Of a stretch of DNA of 47,054 bases, positions 35,621-47,054 are shown in pieces. The DNA is from Chiloscyllium plagiosum (lineage: Eukaryota), in assembly GCF_004010195.1 (NCBI RefSeq), contig NC_057728.1, forward strand, positions 44,206,569-44,253,622. Reading direction: 5' to 3'. A program made the position numbers and the translations under genes. The notes under the pieces were generated by a model, which ran no database searches, was not told the origin of the DNA, and worked only from the letters and a program-made list of their open reading frames with translations. The first letter of the stretch is position 1. Each line of letters starts with the position of its first letter.

Positions 35621-36473
35621 TATTAGGCATTGGATGATTTTAATATTGCCATTTGCAACATGTTCCTTGTCAATCCTTTGTCTGGCTAGTATGACATCTG
35701 CAAAACAACCCATTCCATAGTGCATCATACTGACCTCTTCTACAAATAGTTAATTTATTTTTGTTTCTTTGCAGTGTTAAACATTTCTGCCATTTAAATT
35801 TTATTAACATAAAGTATTGAAGATTTTTGAAACAATCTGCATATTGTGCTTAGTATGTGTTAGTGTATCTTCAATTACATTCACTGATCATACGTGTGAA
35901 ATTGCTGCTGGCTGAGCATTTTAACATTCAGCAACTGTTGGGTATAAGCACTACTAAAACACTTCAGTGCTGAAATCTAGCCAAAATAGGCATGTAATTG
36001 CAATCTTCCCCTTTAACCATGATATGCTACCATTCATCTCCTTGGTAGAAGTTTATTTTATTTGTTATGTTCTTGATTTCACACCAAAGCAATGAAAAAC
36101 TGAAGATTAGTGGCAGTACACAGCCATACCTTAGATGGTTTTCCTGAAATATAATGAAATGACATCCAAGAACATTTCTGATAACTTTTGATCTTGTCAG
36201 GACAATGTAATTTATATATCCATGCCTTTTGTTCTTGATATAATCCTTTACAAAACTTTTCACTGTCGGGTTGAGAAATAACATCTCATTACTGTCCAAT
36301 GTTCTGGGTATTGTTTCTTGGTTAAACAGTTGGTAAAGACAATATATAATGTGGTATCATTATATGCATGAGCCACTTTCTTAGGAGAGGAGATAAAGGC
36401 ATTTTAGATATGTACATGGCATATATGCATATCACACACTTTACAACCATTTGTTTTCAACTGCTTTTTTTAA

Positions 36474-36781
36474 TAGATTAGATTACTTACAGTGTGGAAA
36501 CAGGCCCTTTGGCCCAACAAGTCCACACCAACCCGTAACCCACCCAGACCCATTCCCCTACATTTACCCCTGCACCTAACACTACAGGCAATTTAGCATG
36601 GCCAATTCACCTAACCTGCACATTTTTGGATTGTGGAAGGAAACCAGAGCACCCGGAGGAGACCCACACAGACATGGGGAGAAAATGCAAACTCCACAGA
36701 GAGTCGCCTGAGGCAGGAATTGAACCCGGGTCTCTGGTGCTATGAGGCGGCAGTGCTAACCACTGTGCCACAATGCCACCC
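36474..36781 (-). mobile_element. Full-length HE1-like V-SINE
   Basis: Reverse complement of the same family, with tagattagatta tail at 36474 and tRNA head ending at about 36781. Confidence 0.92.
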
Positions 36782-37309
36782 ACAAATCACTGAAATAAAT
36801 CTCAAAACCTTTTTTGCATAAATTTTTAATAGATCACACCCACTCTAGGTGCTTTTCTAAGTTATCTATTTACCATGCGTGAAATGATACAAGCTGATTT
36901 TGTGGTTAATAGAAATACTGATGGCATTCACTTCAGGAAGCTAACAATGGGCCACATTGCATTGCCAACAAACATAATTGTTGTTGACATGTATTCTAGG
37001 TCATTTCATATCTGGGCTGTAATTGGAGGGACAGATGCTCAGATGAACTGATCACAGGCTGGAGATTTATTTGAGCCCAAAAGGAGCAAGTCAGAACACA
37101 CAGAAAAGAACAACTAGAAAACATTGATGAGGTACTTTTCTGAGATGTCTTCAGCATTTTCTTTAAGGACTATTGAGAAGGGATTATAATTGATTAAATG
37201 TGGCAAAAAGGCAAATCTAGAGTCATTTGCCCTAAATCTCAGACTATATCCCCTAATTCTGAAATCTCTAAACAGAGGATTTTCCAGTTAATACCTTGAC
37301 ATGTCTTTC

Positions 37310-37690
37310 CCTGTTAATACCTTTAAGATAGTGGATACATTGATTGTAATTTTCCAAAAATCCTTGGATTGAAAAACTGACAATGCGACACCACTATTCA
37401 AAAGGGGTGGAGGCAAAAAAGACGTGACTATAAGCTGATTAACCTAACATCTATTGCTGGAAAAATTAAGGAAGAAGTAGCAACACATTTGGAAAATCAT
37501 AATCCAGTCAGAGTCAGCATGTCTTTATGAAAGGGAAATTGCATCTGACTAATGTATTTGAGTTTTTCAAGGAAGTCTCAATCAAAGTTAATGGAGGGCA
37601 ACTTGTAGATTTGTTATATTTGGACTTCCAGAATGTATTAATAAGATACCTCACAAAAGGGTCATAAGAGCCCATGGCATTGGAAGTAGA
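37310..37690 (+). mobile_element. CR1 RT fragment
   Basis: PLFKRG, DYKLINLTS, QHVFMKGKLHLTNVFEFF and LDFQ motifs. Confidence 0.8.
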
Positions 37691-39104
37691 TTGGTTTATG
37701 TTGAGGTCTCCTCTATCACAATTATTGTCCCCTGTATGTCCTAGGATTCTGTCTCCAATCCCAATAATTAAATTTTCCAACTTGTCCAGTATAACAGTAG
37801 CCCCTCATAGCCTGCCTTGTCTTTCAGTGAATGGACCATCATGACTTACCCTGGTGCATCCCAGTGAACATGGAACGGCAGGCGTGACTAATCAGTGATA
37901 GATGCATGACTGATCTCTGTGCAGATTCTTGACTGGCTTGCTTGAAATACCTGGTAAGTTGCCCTGAACTTGCAGGACTGATGTGACCCACTCCTGTAAT
38001 GGAGTGATACATAAGCCTGACCCAGACTGTTCCAAGTATCTAACTGATCATGTGCGAGCCCCTGAAATGAGATTTGATGCTGCCTTGATGGATTGTGTCA
38101 ATCCCTCCTGACTAATGAAACCTCTCCTTGACTTGATGGAAGATTACTCCCCCTAGACGGAGAAACACAACCATTAGTTGAAGCTCAATCAGCGTGTTTG
38201 CCACTTACATTCCTGGAATGTCCCATAGAAATGACATTGATGGTGCCATACAGTAAGGTATCCACTCCCCTGAATGATCACTGCTGCCAAACATAACAAT
38301 TTTCCCAGATTTGTGACAGTGCTAAAAGGCAAGTCGAGACATGGCAGAAGTACTGTGAGGCCCTAAGTTCAGAATGAGGTAGCAAAACGCAAAAACACAA
38401 GGCAAAGTAATGCAAGGCAGAGATGTTGTGAGCACCCAAGTAGGTACAATGTGTTTGAGCATTAAGAAAGCAGGAAAAGAGCCCTGAATGCATCTACACT
38501 GATGATGAGACAAGCGCTTGTCACCATATAGGTCCTATAGCATTATTACATTGAAAGATGTCATTGAACTCTAGAATTGAATATTAACAGATGTGGTGTG
38601 AGTCGGCGATATGGTTTGATGATGCTGTGTGGCAGATGCATGTACAATACCAACTGTTTTGGATGTGTGTAGGGGAAGGCTATGTAGAGATGTTGGGGAA
38701 TGCTATCAAAGTTGGAAGTTTGAAAAGCAAATAGTGAGTTGGAGTTGCTAGGTACCTGCTCAGACTTTCATGTCAAGAATTGCAGCCATCTACTTTCTCC
38801 CTCCCACATGGATGAATAGCAATTTGCAAATGAAATGAGATCAGAACAGGTGCTAATAAGATGTTCATGCATGATAAATAATCCCGTCACTGCTCAGTAG
38901 CAAGATTGCAGTCTCACCAGTCAAACGTTCAGATGGAAAGTGAATTTTCTTTTCATAACTTCAAGAATCTATTTTTTCTGAACTCATCATATTTTTCTAA
39001 TTGATTCACTGTTGCCTAAAGCTATCTGTATATTGCTCAAACTGTTGTTCAAGACTGGGAAAAGTCCATCATTGCTTTGTCAAGGGAAATGTAATTCTCC
39101 CACA

Positions 39105-39222
39105 AGAAATGGACTGCAGTGTTTTGAGATTTCGAGCTCATGACCATCTTCTTGATGGAACTAGGGAGGGGCAATAAATGCTGGCCCCACCAGCCACACC
39201 CATCTCCTTTTAATTAATAAAA
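39105..39222 (+). mobile_element. 3' tail fragment of the L2-like LINE
   Basis: ggactgcag...catcttct...ggggcaataaatgctggcc resembles 26815-26925. Confidence 0.6.
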
Positions 39223-41416
39223 ACAAAAACCATTGTAAGCTATGAGAAGAGGTTATGTCAAGCCACTTGACACAGTTAGTAAAAATGTTTAGGTTGAGGA
39301 AGATTAGAGATGGGATTCACGGCTACAAGGTGAGTAAATAATGTGTGTGAGTCAGGAAGCTGGCCTGAATGAGGTTTGGATGTGGTTTGAAGGGGTGGGT
39401 GTTGTGTGGCTTTTAATTGGTGGTGTGCTAAGGCAGTGTGGCTCACATGAGGAATCCATTTGGAAAGGTACTTGTCTCAGATCCTGTGAACTACCAGAGA
39501 TGATTTTACGCCAAAGCTATCAAAGTAGTCTAGACAGGTAAATAAATTACTGAAATTAAAAACAATTCTTGGTAACCACAGAACCAATATAACATAGGTT
39601 TTTACAATGGCTCTCTACCAATCAAAATGAACTATTTTACCTCACCATAATCAAATGTATTTCATACAACCCATGTGTACATTCTGACTAGAATTTATGA
39701 GTTGTGTTTTATGGTTTATGTCAGCCAACACTAAAAGTAAAATGTCAAAACTGCATGCATGGGGTTAACACGTGTTCAATTTTCAAATGTAACCAAACAA
39801 AAATATGAATGTTTCCAAATAGCTACAAGGCTACTAATTATTTACCTGCTTCAAATGGAAGTTCAAAAGTACTGTTTGAATGGAATGGGTTAGATGACAG
39901 GGAGGAAAGAGATTAAATAGATTGTATATCTTTATCTGATGGACAATCAGATTTTCCACATGGTTCAAGTCAAGATCACAATCTTTATGGCAGTTTCCAA
40001 GCCTTTGTTTACATTTTCAAAAAGCTGAGACATGAAATTAGACATTCAAATAACACAACATAAAGAAAACACATTCGGAAAAATAACCTTTGTGCATCAA
40101 AGAGGGAAAATCCTTGCCTATATAACGATTCCCTGACAGCTAACTTTCCATAGGCTCCCAACAAAACAAATCTTGAAAATGAATATGTGAAAAGCTATTG
40201 TTAACGTCAGCATGTTGTTTTCAGTTTACTATTGCTAATCATTTGGGAAGTTCTTATATTTGTAATTTGATGTTGTTGATATTGCAGGAAGAATCTTTTC
40301 GGAGTGGACACAGAGTCTAAAAATCTGAAGGAATTAAATATAAAAATACACTGCAAATGCTATAAGAGGTTCCAAAGTTAATGACTGTGTCAATTAGTTG
40401 ATATCCAAAATCAGGCTATTTCCATCATTCCTCATCAGTTCTTGAATAACATTCTTCTCTCATCAACAGCAGAGATGTAATTTTCCATCTGATGCCCTGC
40501 CATTAAGTTGGCATTGCAATTTAATTGTTGGCTTCAAAACATTATGAATTTCCTTCCCATTGATCAAATATACTGGTTTCTGTAATGGCCAATTGATCTC
40601 TGTTTGCTGTTTATTAAAAATAAATTTACTTGATTATCATTGAACTACTTTTCAAGGATGCTTGTTCTGTACAAGTTAGTTTCCATTTTCCAGACCTAAT
40701 TTTCAAAGTAATTCATTCCATTTGAGCCACTTTGGTTCACCTCTGAGATGTGTTAACACACTACATAAATGTGAGGCTTACATTTCATTGCCCTTCAAAT
40801 CCCATATCCTTAGCATCAGTTGATCCAAAGTTTTTTACTTTCACAATATTCCCCCAGCTCACAATCAGTTATGAATGCTCTTCAGCTAGAATCCCCAATT
40901 CGTTATGATCCATGATGAGGAGGGAGAAACAGACTCCTTCTTAATTTACCCTCTGTCGATCACAACAAGTTAACTTATATCCCTTCCCTCTTAGATTCCT
41001 TTCCCAATTCCAATGTATTCATGTTCTAAAAGGAGACAATTTAACTAGGTTATTTTGGAGTTAAAGAAAGAGTGAGTTTATTACTTATTAGAGTACAAGG
41101 AAGAGCATCTATGATACCAACACTTGCAGATAAAAAGGGAAAACAAGTTTTTCTCTCTCATTATCGGAAGCAAGAAACAAGTCAAAAGCCACAGTTGAAC
41201 AGGAAACTGGGACAACTCCTTTTGGCTAATCTGCAGGATCCAGAATCTCCAAATCAACTATTCCACAGCCAGAGGCAATGCAACCGGAATCAGCCAATAG
41301 CTACAACTTTTCATGATCCATGCCACATTGACATATTATCTTTCTTTCATTTCTAGTTTCTACTCTATGTGTATGTGTGTTGCATTTTCTTCACCTGTAA
41401 CCTTCTCAGTGCTGTC

Positions 41417-42175
41417 TAAACCAGTAGCATTAAAACACCAGATGAACAAACACTAGAATACTAGACTAGCACACCAGCTCCAAAAGACTAATGTAGGACT
41501 CCAGTATTAGAACACTAGAATAGCAAACCAGCATGAGAGTATCAGAGTAGCACATGAGACTAGCATACCACCACAAGAACACCAGACTAATAAACCAACA
41601 ATAGAAAATAAGGCTAGTAAATTAGCACTAGAATACCAGAGCGGTAAACTAAAACTGCATTGTCACTACTAGAACACCAGACTAGTAAACCAGACTAAAT
41701 CACCAGCATTAGAATACCAGACTAGTAAACCAGTATTGAAATAGATGTGTAATAAACTAAGACTAGCACATCAGAACTAGAATACCAATGCTAGAAGACC
41801 AGACTAACACACCAGCATTACATTAGCAGATTAACACAATGGCACAAGAACAGCAGATTAAGAAACCAGAACTAACGTGGCAGGCTTACAAAGCAGCACT
41901 AGAACACTAGATTAACTATCACCATTAGAATATCAGAACTAGAACACCAGACTAATGAACCATCACAAGAGTACCAGACTAACAAGCCAGCATAAGAGTA
42001 CCAGACTAACAAACCAGCATAAGAGTACCAGACTAACAAACCAGCATAAGTGTATCAGACTAACAAACCAGCATAAGAGTACCAGACTAGCACACCACCT
42101 CTGGAGTCCCAGCTAAACGCAGCAGTACTAGAACATCTGACTAACAACTAGCATTAGAATACCAAATCCTAGAAA
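41417..42175. repeat. Degenerate minisatellite (27-bp unit built from ~9-bp subunits)
   Basis: Recurrent ctagaacac/cagactaac/aaaccagca. Near-perfect core AAGAGTACCAGACTAACAAACCAGCAT repeated about 4.5 times at about 41967-42090. Confidence 0.88.
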
Positions 42176-42379
42176 TAAAAGTCTGAGCTAATATAGTTCA
42201 AAATCCATGTGGCTTCTGTCAATTCTCAGACCATATAATTGGAGGATCATTTCATGACCCAGCATTAGGAGGTGGCCCAGGATTTGGTATTCTAGTACAA
42301 TTCTCATGCTGGTTTGTTAGTCTGGTACTCTAGTGATGGTTCATTAGTCTGGTGTTCTAGTTCTGGTATTGTTTCTGAA

Positions 42380-42843
42380 AGGGGAGTCCCGAAATACAAG
42401 CTAATCTCTGAGGACATAAGTTCAAATCCGATGTTAGCCGAAATGAAAATTTAAATTCAGTTAATCAATTTGTATTTATAAAATAGTCTAATGGAGACTG
42501 TAAAACCATTTTTGATAGTTGGTTTAAAAAGTCCCATCCGATTTGCTAACATGTAAGGCCACAGAATGTGCTCTGGTTGTGGAACTTCAATGTCCATCAC
42601 CCTGAGCAGTTTGGTAGCACGACTACTGACTGAACTGCTCAAGCTCTAAAAGCTGTAGTTGCTAGACTGTGATTGCAGCAGGTTATGAGGGAGACATCAA
42701 GAAGGAAAAATATCCATGAATTTGTCCTCACCAACCTACCTATCTGTCAGGAAAGTATTGGTAGGAGTGACCACCACACAGTCCTTGTGGAGACATAATC
42801 CAATCTTCACATTGAAGAAATAGTCCGTCATGTTGTGCGGCAC
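42380..42843 (+). mobile_element. Truncated tRNA-SINE (about 42380-42545) followed by an L2-like endonuclease fragment (about 42560-42843)
   Basis: gctaatctctgaggacataagttcaaatcc matches the SINE at 20407. acttcaatgtccatcacc (FNVHH) and IGRSDHHTVL are APE-domain motifs. Confidence 0.65.
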
Positions 42844-45249
42844 TGATTGATTTATAGCTTTTAACCATTTTTTTTTAAAGCATACTTAGATCAGAAGCAT
42901 TCCCCTAATAAATTCTATCTGCTGGGTTAAAATTAGTCCATTTCACAAATGGTTAAATTTGGGGTCTGTAAAATTTGTATTACCATCCTACCATAGAAGA
43001 AGCTGCCCAAGAATGTAACAACCTTTCAAAAAGCCTGCTTGATTTTAATAAGCCTCAGCAATGCTATAAACATCCCAGATAGTTTCGGGGCCTGGGATTT
43101 TTCTCTTCAGGAAATATGCTTCCTCCTCCTCTCTGAAAGAAGTGAATAAGGCATTAGGGTTCATCTCAGTTGTGACATAAAAACTTAAAATAAACAATTC
43201 ATTAATTTTGCAATTTTATTAGCAGTAATTAAAAATTAATACATTTAATATCATATCTAATACTATCCAGTTTGGTGTTAAATTTATGAATATTCAAGGA
43301 GTAGCTAAGAAGTACATCTAAAAATATTAAATAATAAAATATTTAGAGTTTTATCTTAAATCAACGAGGAAGTACGATATTTTTTCTTGGGGGGAAGTAC
43401 CTTTGAAAAATATTATCTTGGGGTTTCTAGTACTTCTAAAATTTCAATAGACAGGTTTTTTAATCTAATATTTTGACTCCTCCTGCTTTGCAACTGTGGG
43501 TGTCAACTCTCTCTATATGTTCTGCCCACTTTGATGTTATACTGTATTAATTAATGTCATTTCTTAATTATTCAGTGAAGATTCCTTCATGAAGTAACCT
43601 TTTCTGGTCTACTTATTTGTGATGCTTCATACTTTTTTCATCTCACTCTTCCTCTTTCAGTTCAAAAGAAAAACTTCATTAAGCATTTGTCGGAAAAGAT
43701 GTTTCATTTCTCTGTGTTTTTGTGTGTCAGGTTACCCTGATTTCTAGTTGTATTTATGTGACAAGGAATGTTGCCATTCCTTTCCGCTGGATGCTTCCAG
43801 TATTTCTATCTAATTAATATTTTGCTCTGATGCACAAATGTGAAGTTAGCACGTGTCTTTCCAAGCTTCATTTTTGGTGATTAAACTATCATTTATATAT
43901 TTTAGCTGTCTGTGCTGAACACTAACTGAATTAATAACACATGTGTGCTGAGGCTAAGTAGCCTTTCCACTGTATCCTTTTCCTTCTAGCTGCAGTGTGG
44001 TTGTTTCATAGTTAACTCCCACGTGAATCTTAATCTTTAAATATTTTTAATATGTATGTGTATTCTACCTAATTAGTTATATTTATTTCTAAATCAAACC
44101 TAAATTTCAAACCAGATATTATTATAGCATTACCACTGTGCTGAATTGCATAGATTTTAAACAGATTTAGCAACTCAAGACTGTGAGGCACCTTGGACCA
44201 TGAGCAGTGGTAGAATTTTATTCAATCACAATCTGTAATCCCAACATGGGACATATCCTTCACTTTACAGTTACCATTGGGATGCCTGGAGCCTCACCAA
44301 GTATGTCTAAAAATGGAGAAGCTACAACACAGGACTACATGCCAAGCAGTATTGAATAAGAATATAATGATGAGAATATATTAATTTATGGTTATCTATT
44401 GAAATGACTATTAGGGTGACCCTTAGTTAGCCAATTGTATGGATGTGGACTCCACTCACCCAACATAATCCTCCTCCCAGTTCAAATGATCACACTTTCA
44501 GAATTGTTATGTTTGTAAGGAAACACTTGCACATTTGGTGCAATGTATCAATTCATTGACTGATCACAAAAAAAACCGTATATATAATTGTTGGATAGAG
44601 GAACAATTTCAAAGTTCACAGAAACATTAAAAGAACAGTTGAATGGAACTTTTATTAAGCAATGTCTACAGCAGGAACTGATTCATGAACAAGTGACTTC
44701 TCCAAAGCTTAGTGGTACATTATTTATGTCTGGCATAATTTCTTTAAAATGGTTACAAAGCACTAAAAAACAGTATCACATTTCCACTGTGAAGATTTCA
44801 TTTTCATTGTTGTCACATCAGATGGATGTGTTCATAGCAAAATGGCTGGAATTTTAATCAAACCCATTGGATTGGGATCAGATTGTCCACTTAAATTTCT
44901 ACTTAATTTTCCTTTCCACTGGAGTTGATAATAAAACAAGATCAGAGAAACTAAGAAAAGTAATTATATACATCACCACAAGAAGGAAAAATTTTCATCA
45001 GGCCCAGGTCTAAAATCTAAGCTAATATTTTGGTGAGTAACAAATCCTTTGTACTTTGTCAAATCTATGAATAAGATTTGTGATCTGCTTTTTCAAATGA
45101 CAGTGCCATCTAGCAGCTTTTGTCTAATATAGTTAGTTCAAAATATACATGATTGTAATCAGAGGAAAATGCTATGCAATACAGAGATTTCATGATATCA
45201 AGCAGAATCAAGCTAATATACTAGTTTCATTTCACTTGAAAATACAGAT

Positions 45250-46015
45250 AAGTATAGATCGGGAGTGTGGCAGAAAGTACAGATCGGGGGTGTGGCATTG
45301 TTAGTTAAGGGTAGCTGAGATCACATTTGAGAACTCATCCACTGAGGTAGGTTGGGATGAGATTAAAAACAGGAAAGGAGAGATCACCATTTTGGGAATT
45401 TTCTATCAGCATCCAAATTGTTCCAAGGATGTAGAGGAAAGGAGAGCAAAGATGATTCTCAACAAGAGTGAGAGTAACAGCTGGGTAGCAGTAAGGGTAG
45501 CTGTTATGGGGGATTTTAACTTCCCCATTATTGACTGGGAATACTATAATTCAAGTAGTTTAGATGGTCAGTTTTTGTTCCATGTGTGCAGAAGGGTTTT
45601 CTGACACAGCATGTAGACAGGCCAACAAGGGTCGATACCATATTGGATTTGGTACTGGGGAATGAATTCGGCCAGGTGTTAGATTTGGAGGCAAGTGAGC
45701 ACTTTTAGGAGAGTGACCATAATTTGGTTATGTTCACAATAGCAATAGGTGGGATAAATCTATACTGCAGGGAAACAGGTATAACTGGGGAAAAGGCAAT
45801 TATGATGCAAATAGACAAGATTTAGAATGCATAGGATGGTGAAGGAAACTGCAGGGGATGGACACTGTTGAAATATGGTGCTTGTTCAAGGAACAACCAC
45901 TATGCGACCTTGATAAGTATACAACTATTAGGCAGGGAGGTAGTTGATGAGAGAGGGAGCCATGGTTTACTAAAGAAGTTGAAGCTCTTGTCAAGAGGAA
46001 GAGGAAGGCTTATGG
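45250..46015 (+). mobile_element. CR1 LINE endonuclease-region fragment
   Basis: GIFYQHPN...VAVMGDFNFPIIDW, QHVDRPTR, ILDLVLGNE and ESDHNL motifs. Confidence 0.88.
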
Positions 46016-47054
46016 GCCTGCCGAGTTTTCACCATCCCTCCAGACCTCCCCCTCACTGAGGACGAACGATCATTCCTCAGCAAAGGACTCACCTTCATCC
46101 CCCTCCGTCCACGCATCAATGAATTTAATACACATCGTGATGTCGAACAATTCTTCCATCGCCTCCACCTCCGAGCTTACTTTCACAATCAGGATCCCCG
46201 CACTGCCCGGTTCTACCTCCTTCCCAAGATCCACAAGCCTGACCACCCTGGCTGACCCATTGTCTCAGCATGCTCCTGCCCCACTGAACTCATCTCTACC
46301 TACCTTCCGAGGACCCCTTCGCCCATCTCCAACACACTGCATCCACCTGGATACCCCATGCTGGCCTATTACCTGCCCTCGACCTCTTCATTTTCAACTG
46401 CCGCCGGGACATTAACCGCCTCAACCTGTCTACCCCCCTCCCCCACTCCAACCTCTCACCCTCACAACGCGCAGCCCTCCAATCCCTACGCTCCAATCCC
46501 AACCTCACCATCAAGTCAGTGGATAAAGAGGGCGCAGTGGTAGTCTGGCGCACTGACCTCTACACCGCTGAAGCCAAACACCAACTCGAGGACACCTCTT
46601 CCTACTGCCCCCTCGAAAATGACCCCACCCCTCCATCACCAAACCATCATCACCAAACCATACAGAACCTCATCACCTCAGGAGATCTCCCACCCACAGC
46701 TTCCAACCTCATAGTCCGGGAACCCCGCACTTCCCGGTTCTACCTCCTTCCCAGGATCCACAAGCCTGACTACCCTGGTTGACCCATTGTCTCAGCGTGC
46801 TCCTGCCCCACTGAACTCATCTCTACCTACCTCGACACTGTCCTATCCCCCCTAGTCCAGGAACTCCCCACATACGTTCGAGACACCACCCACGCCCTCC
46901 ACCTCCTCCAAGACTCCCGTTTCCCCGGCCCCCAACGCCTCATCTTCACCATGGATATCCAACCCCTCTACACCTCCATCCGCCATGACCAGGGCCTCCA
47001 AGCCCTCAGTTTTTTCCTCTCCAGACGTCCCCAACAGTACCCTTCCACCGACAC
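46016..47054 (+). mobile_element. Penelope-like retroelement RT region (runs off the window end)
   Basis: LSKGLTFIP, DKEGAVVVW, FYLLPRIHKP..PG.PIVS, YVRDT and IFTMDI..LYTSI are PLE RT motifs. Abruptly C-rich; frameshifts and stops present. Confidence 0.92.

Noticed and set aside
41967..42090. 27-bp repeats as a CRISPR array
   Set aside because: Units are head-to-tail with no unique spacers, there are no cas genes, and the context is vertebrate.
44588..44857. 89-aa ORF in apparently unique DNA
   Set aside because: Non-ATG start, no recognisable domain and no convincing splice context.

Overview
Vertebrate genomic DNA, not prokaryotic. The repeat complement (HE1/V-SINE-like tRNA SINEs, CR1 LINEs, Penelope-like elements) points to a shark or other cartilaginous fish. 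The only host gene is the 3' end of TMTC2 (ER protein O-mannosyltransferase, TPR region) on the + strand: penultimate exon 8012-8075, last coding exon 17670-17864, and a 3' UTR probably ending near a strong poly(A) site at about 19700-19725. Positions 1-17669 are otherwise intron and about 19.75-47 kb is intergenic. Both are dense with decayed and nested retroelements: CR1, an L2-like LINE and its partner SINE, HE1-like SINEs, Penelope-like elements, Gypsy remnants and a solo LTR. Almost all ORFs in the supplied track are repeat debris. The most notable items are: an intact-looking minimal hammerhead ribozyme in a Penelope insertion that split a SINE at its B box; a CR1 copy with about 210 bp of foreign sequence replacing part of its RT; a SINE-filled and an empty copy of the same site in tandem; and a strand-biased 9/27-bp minisatellite with an inverted partial copy. 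I found no convincing wholly new system. Repeat family names and boundaries come from recognition by eye, and edges of old elements are approximate.
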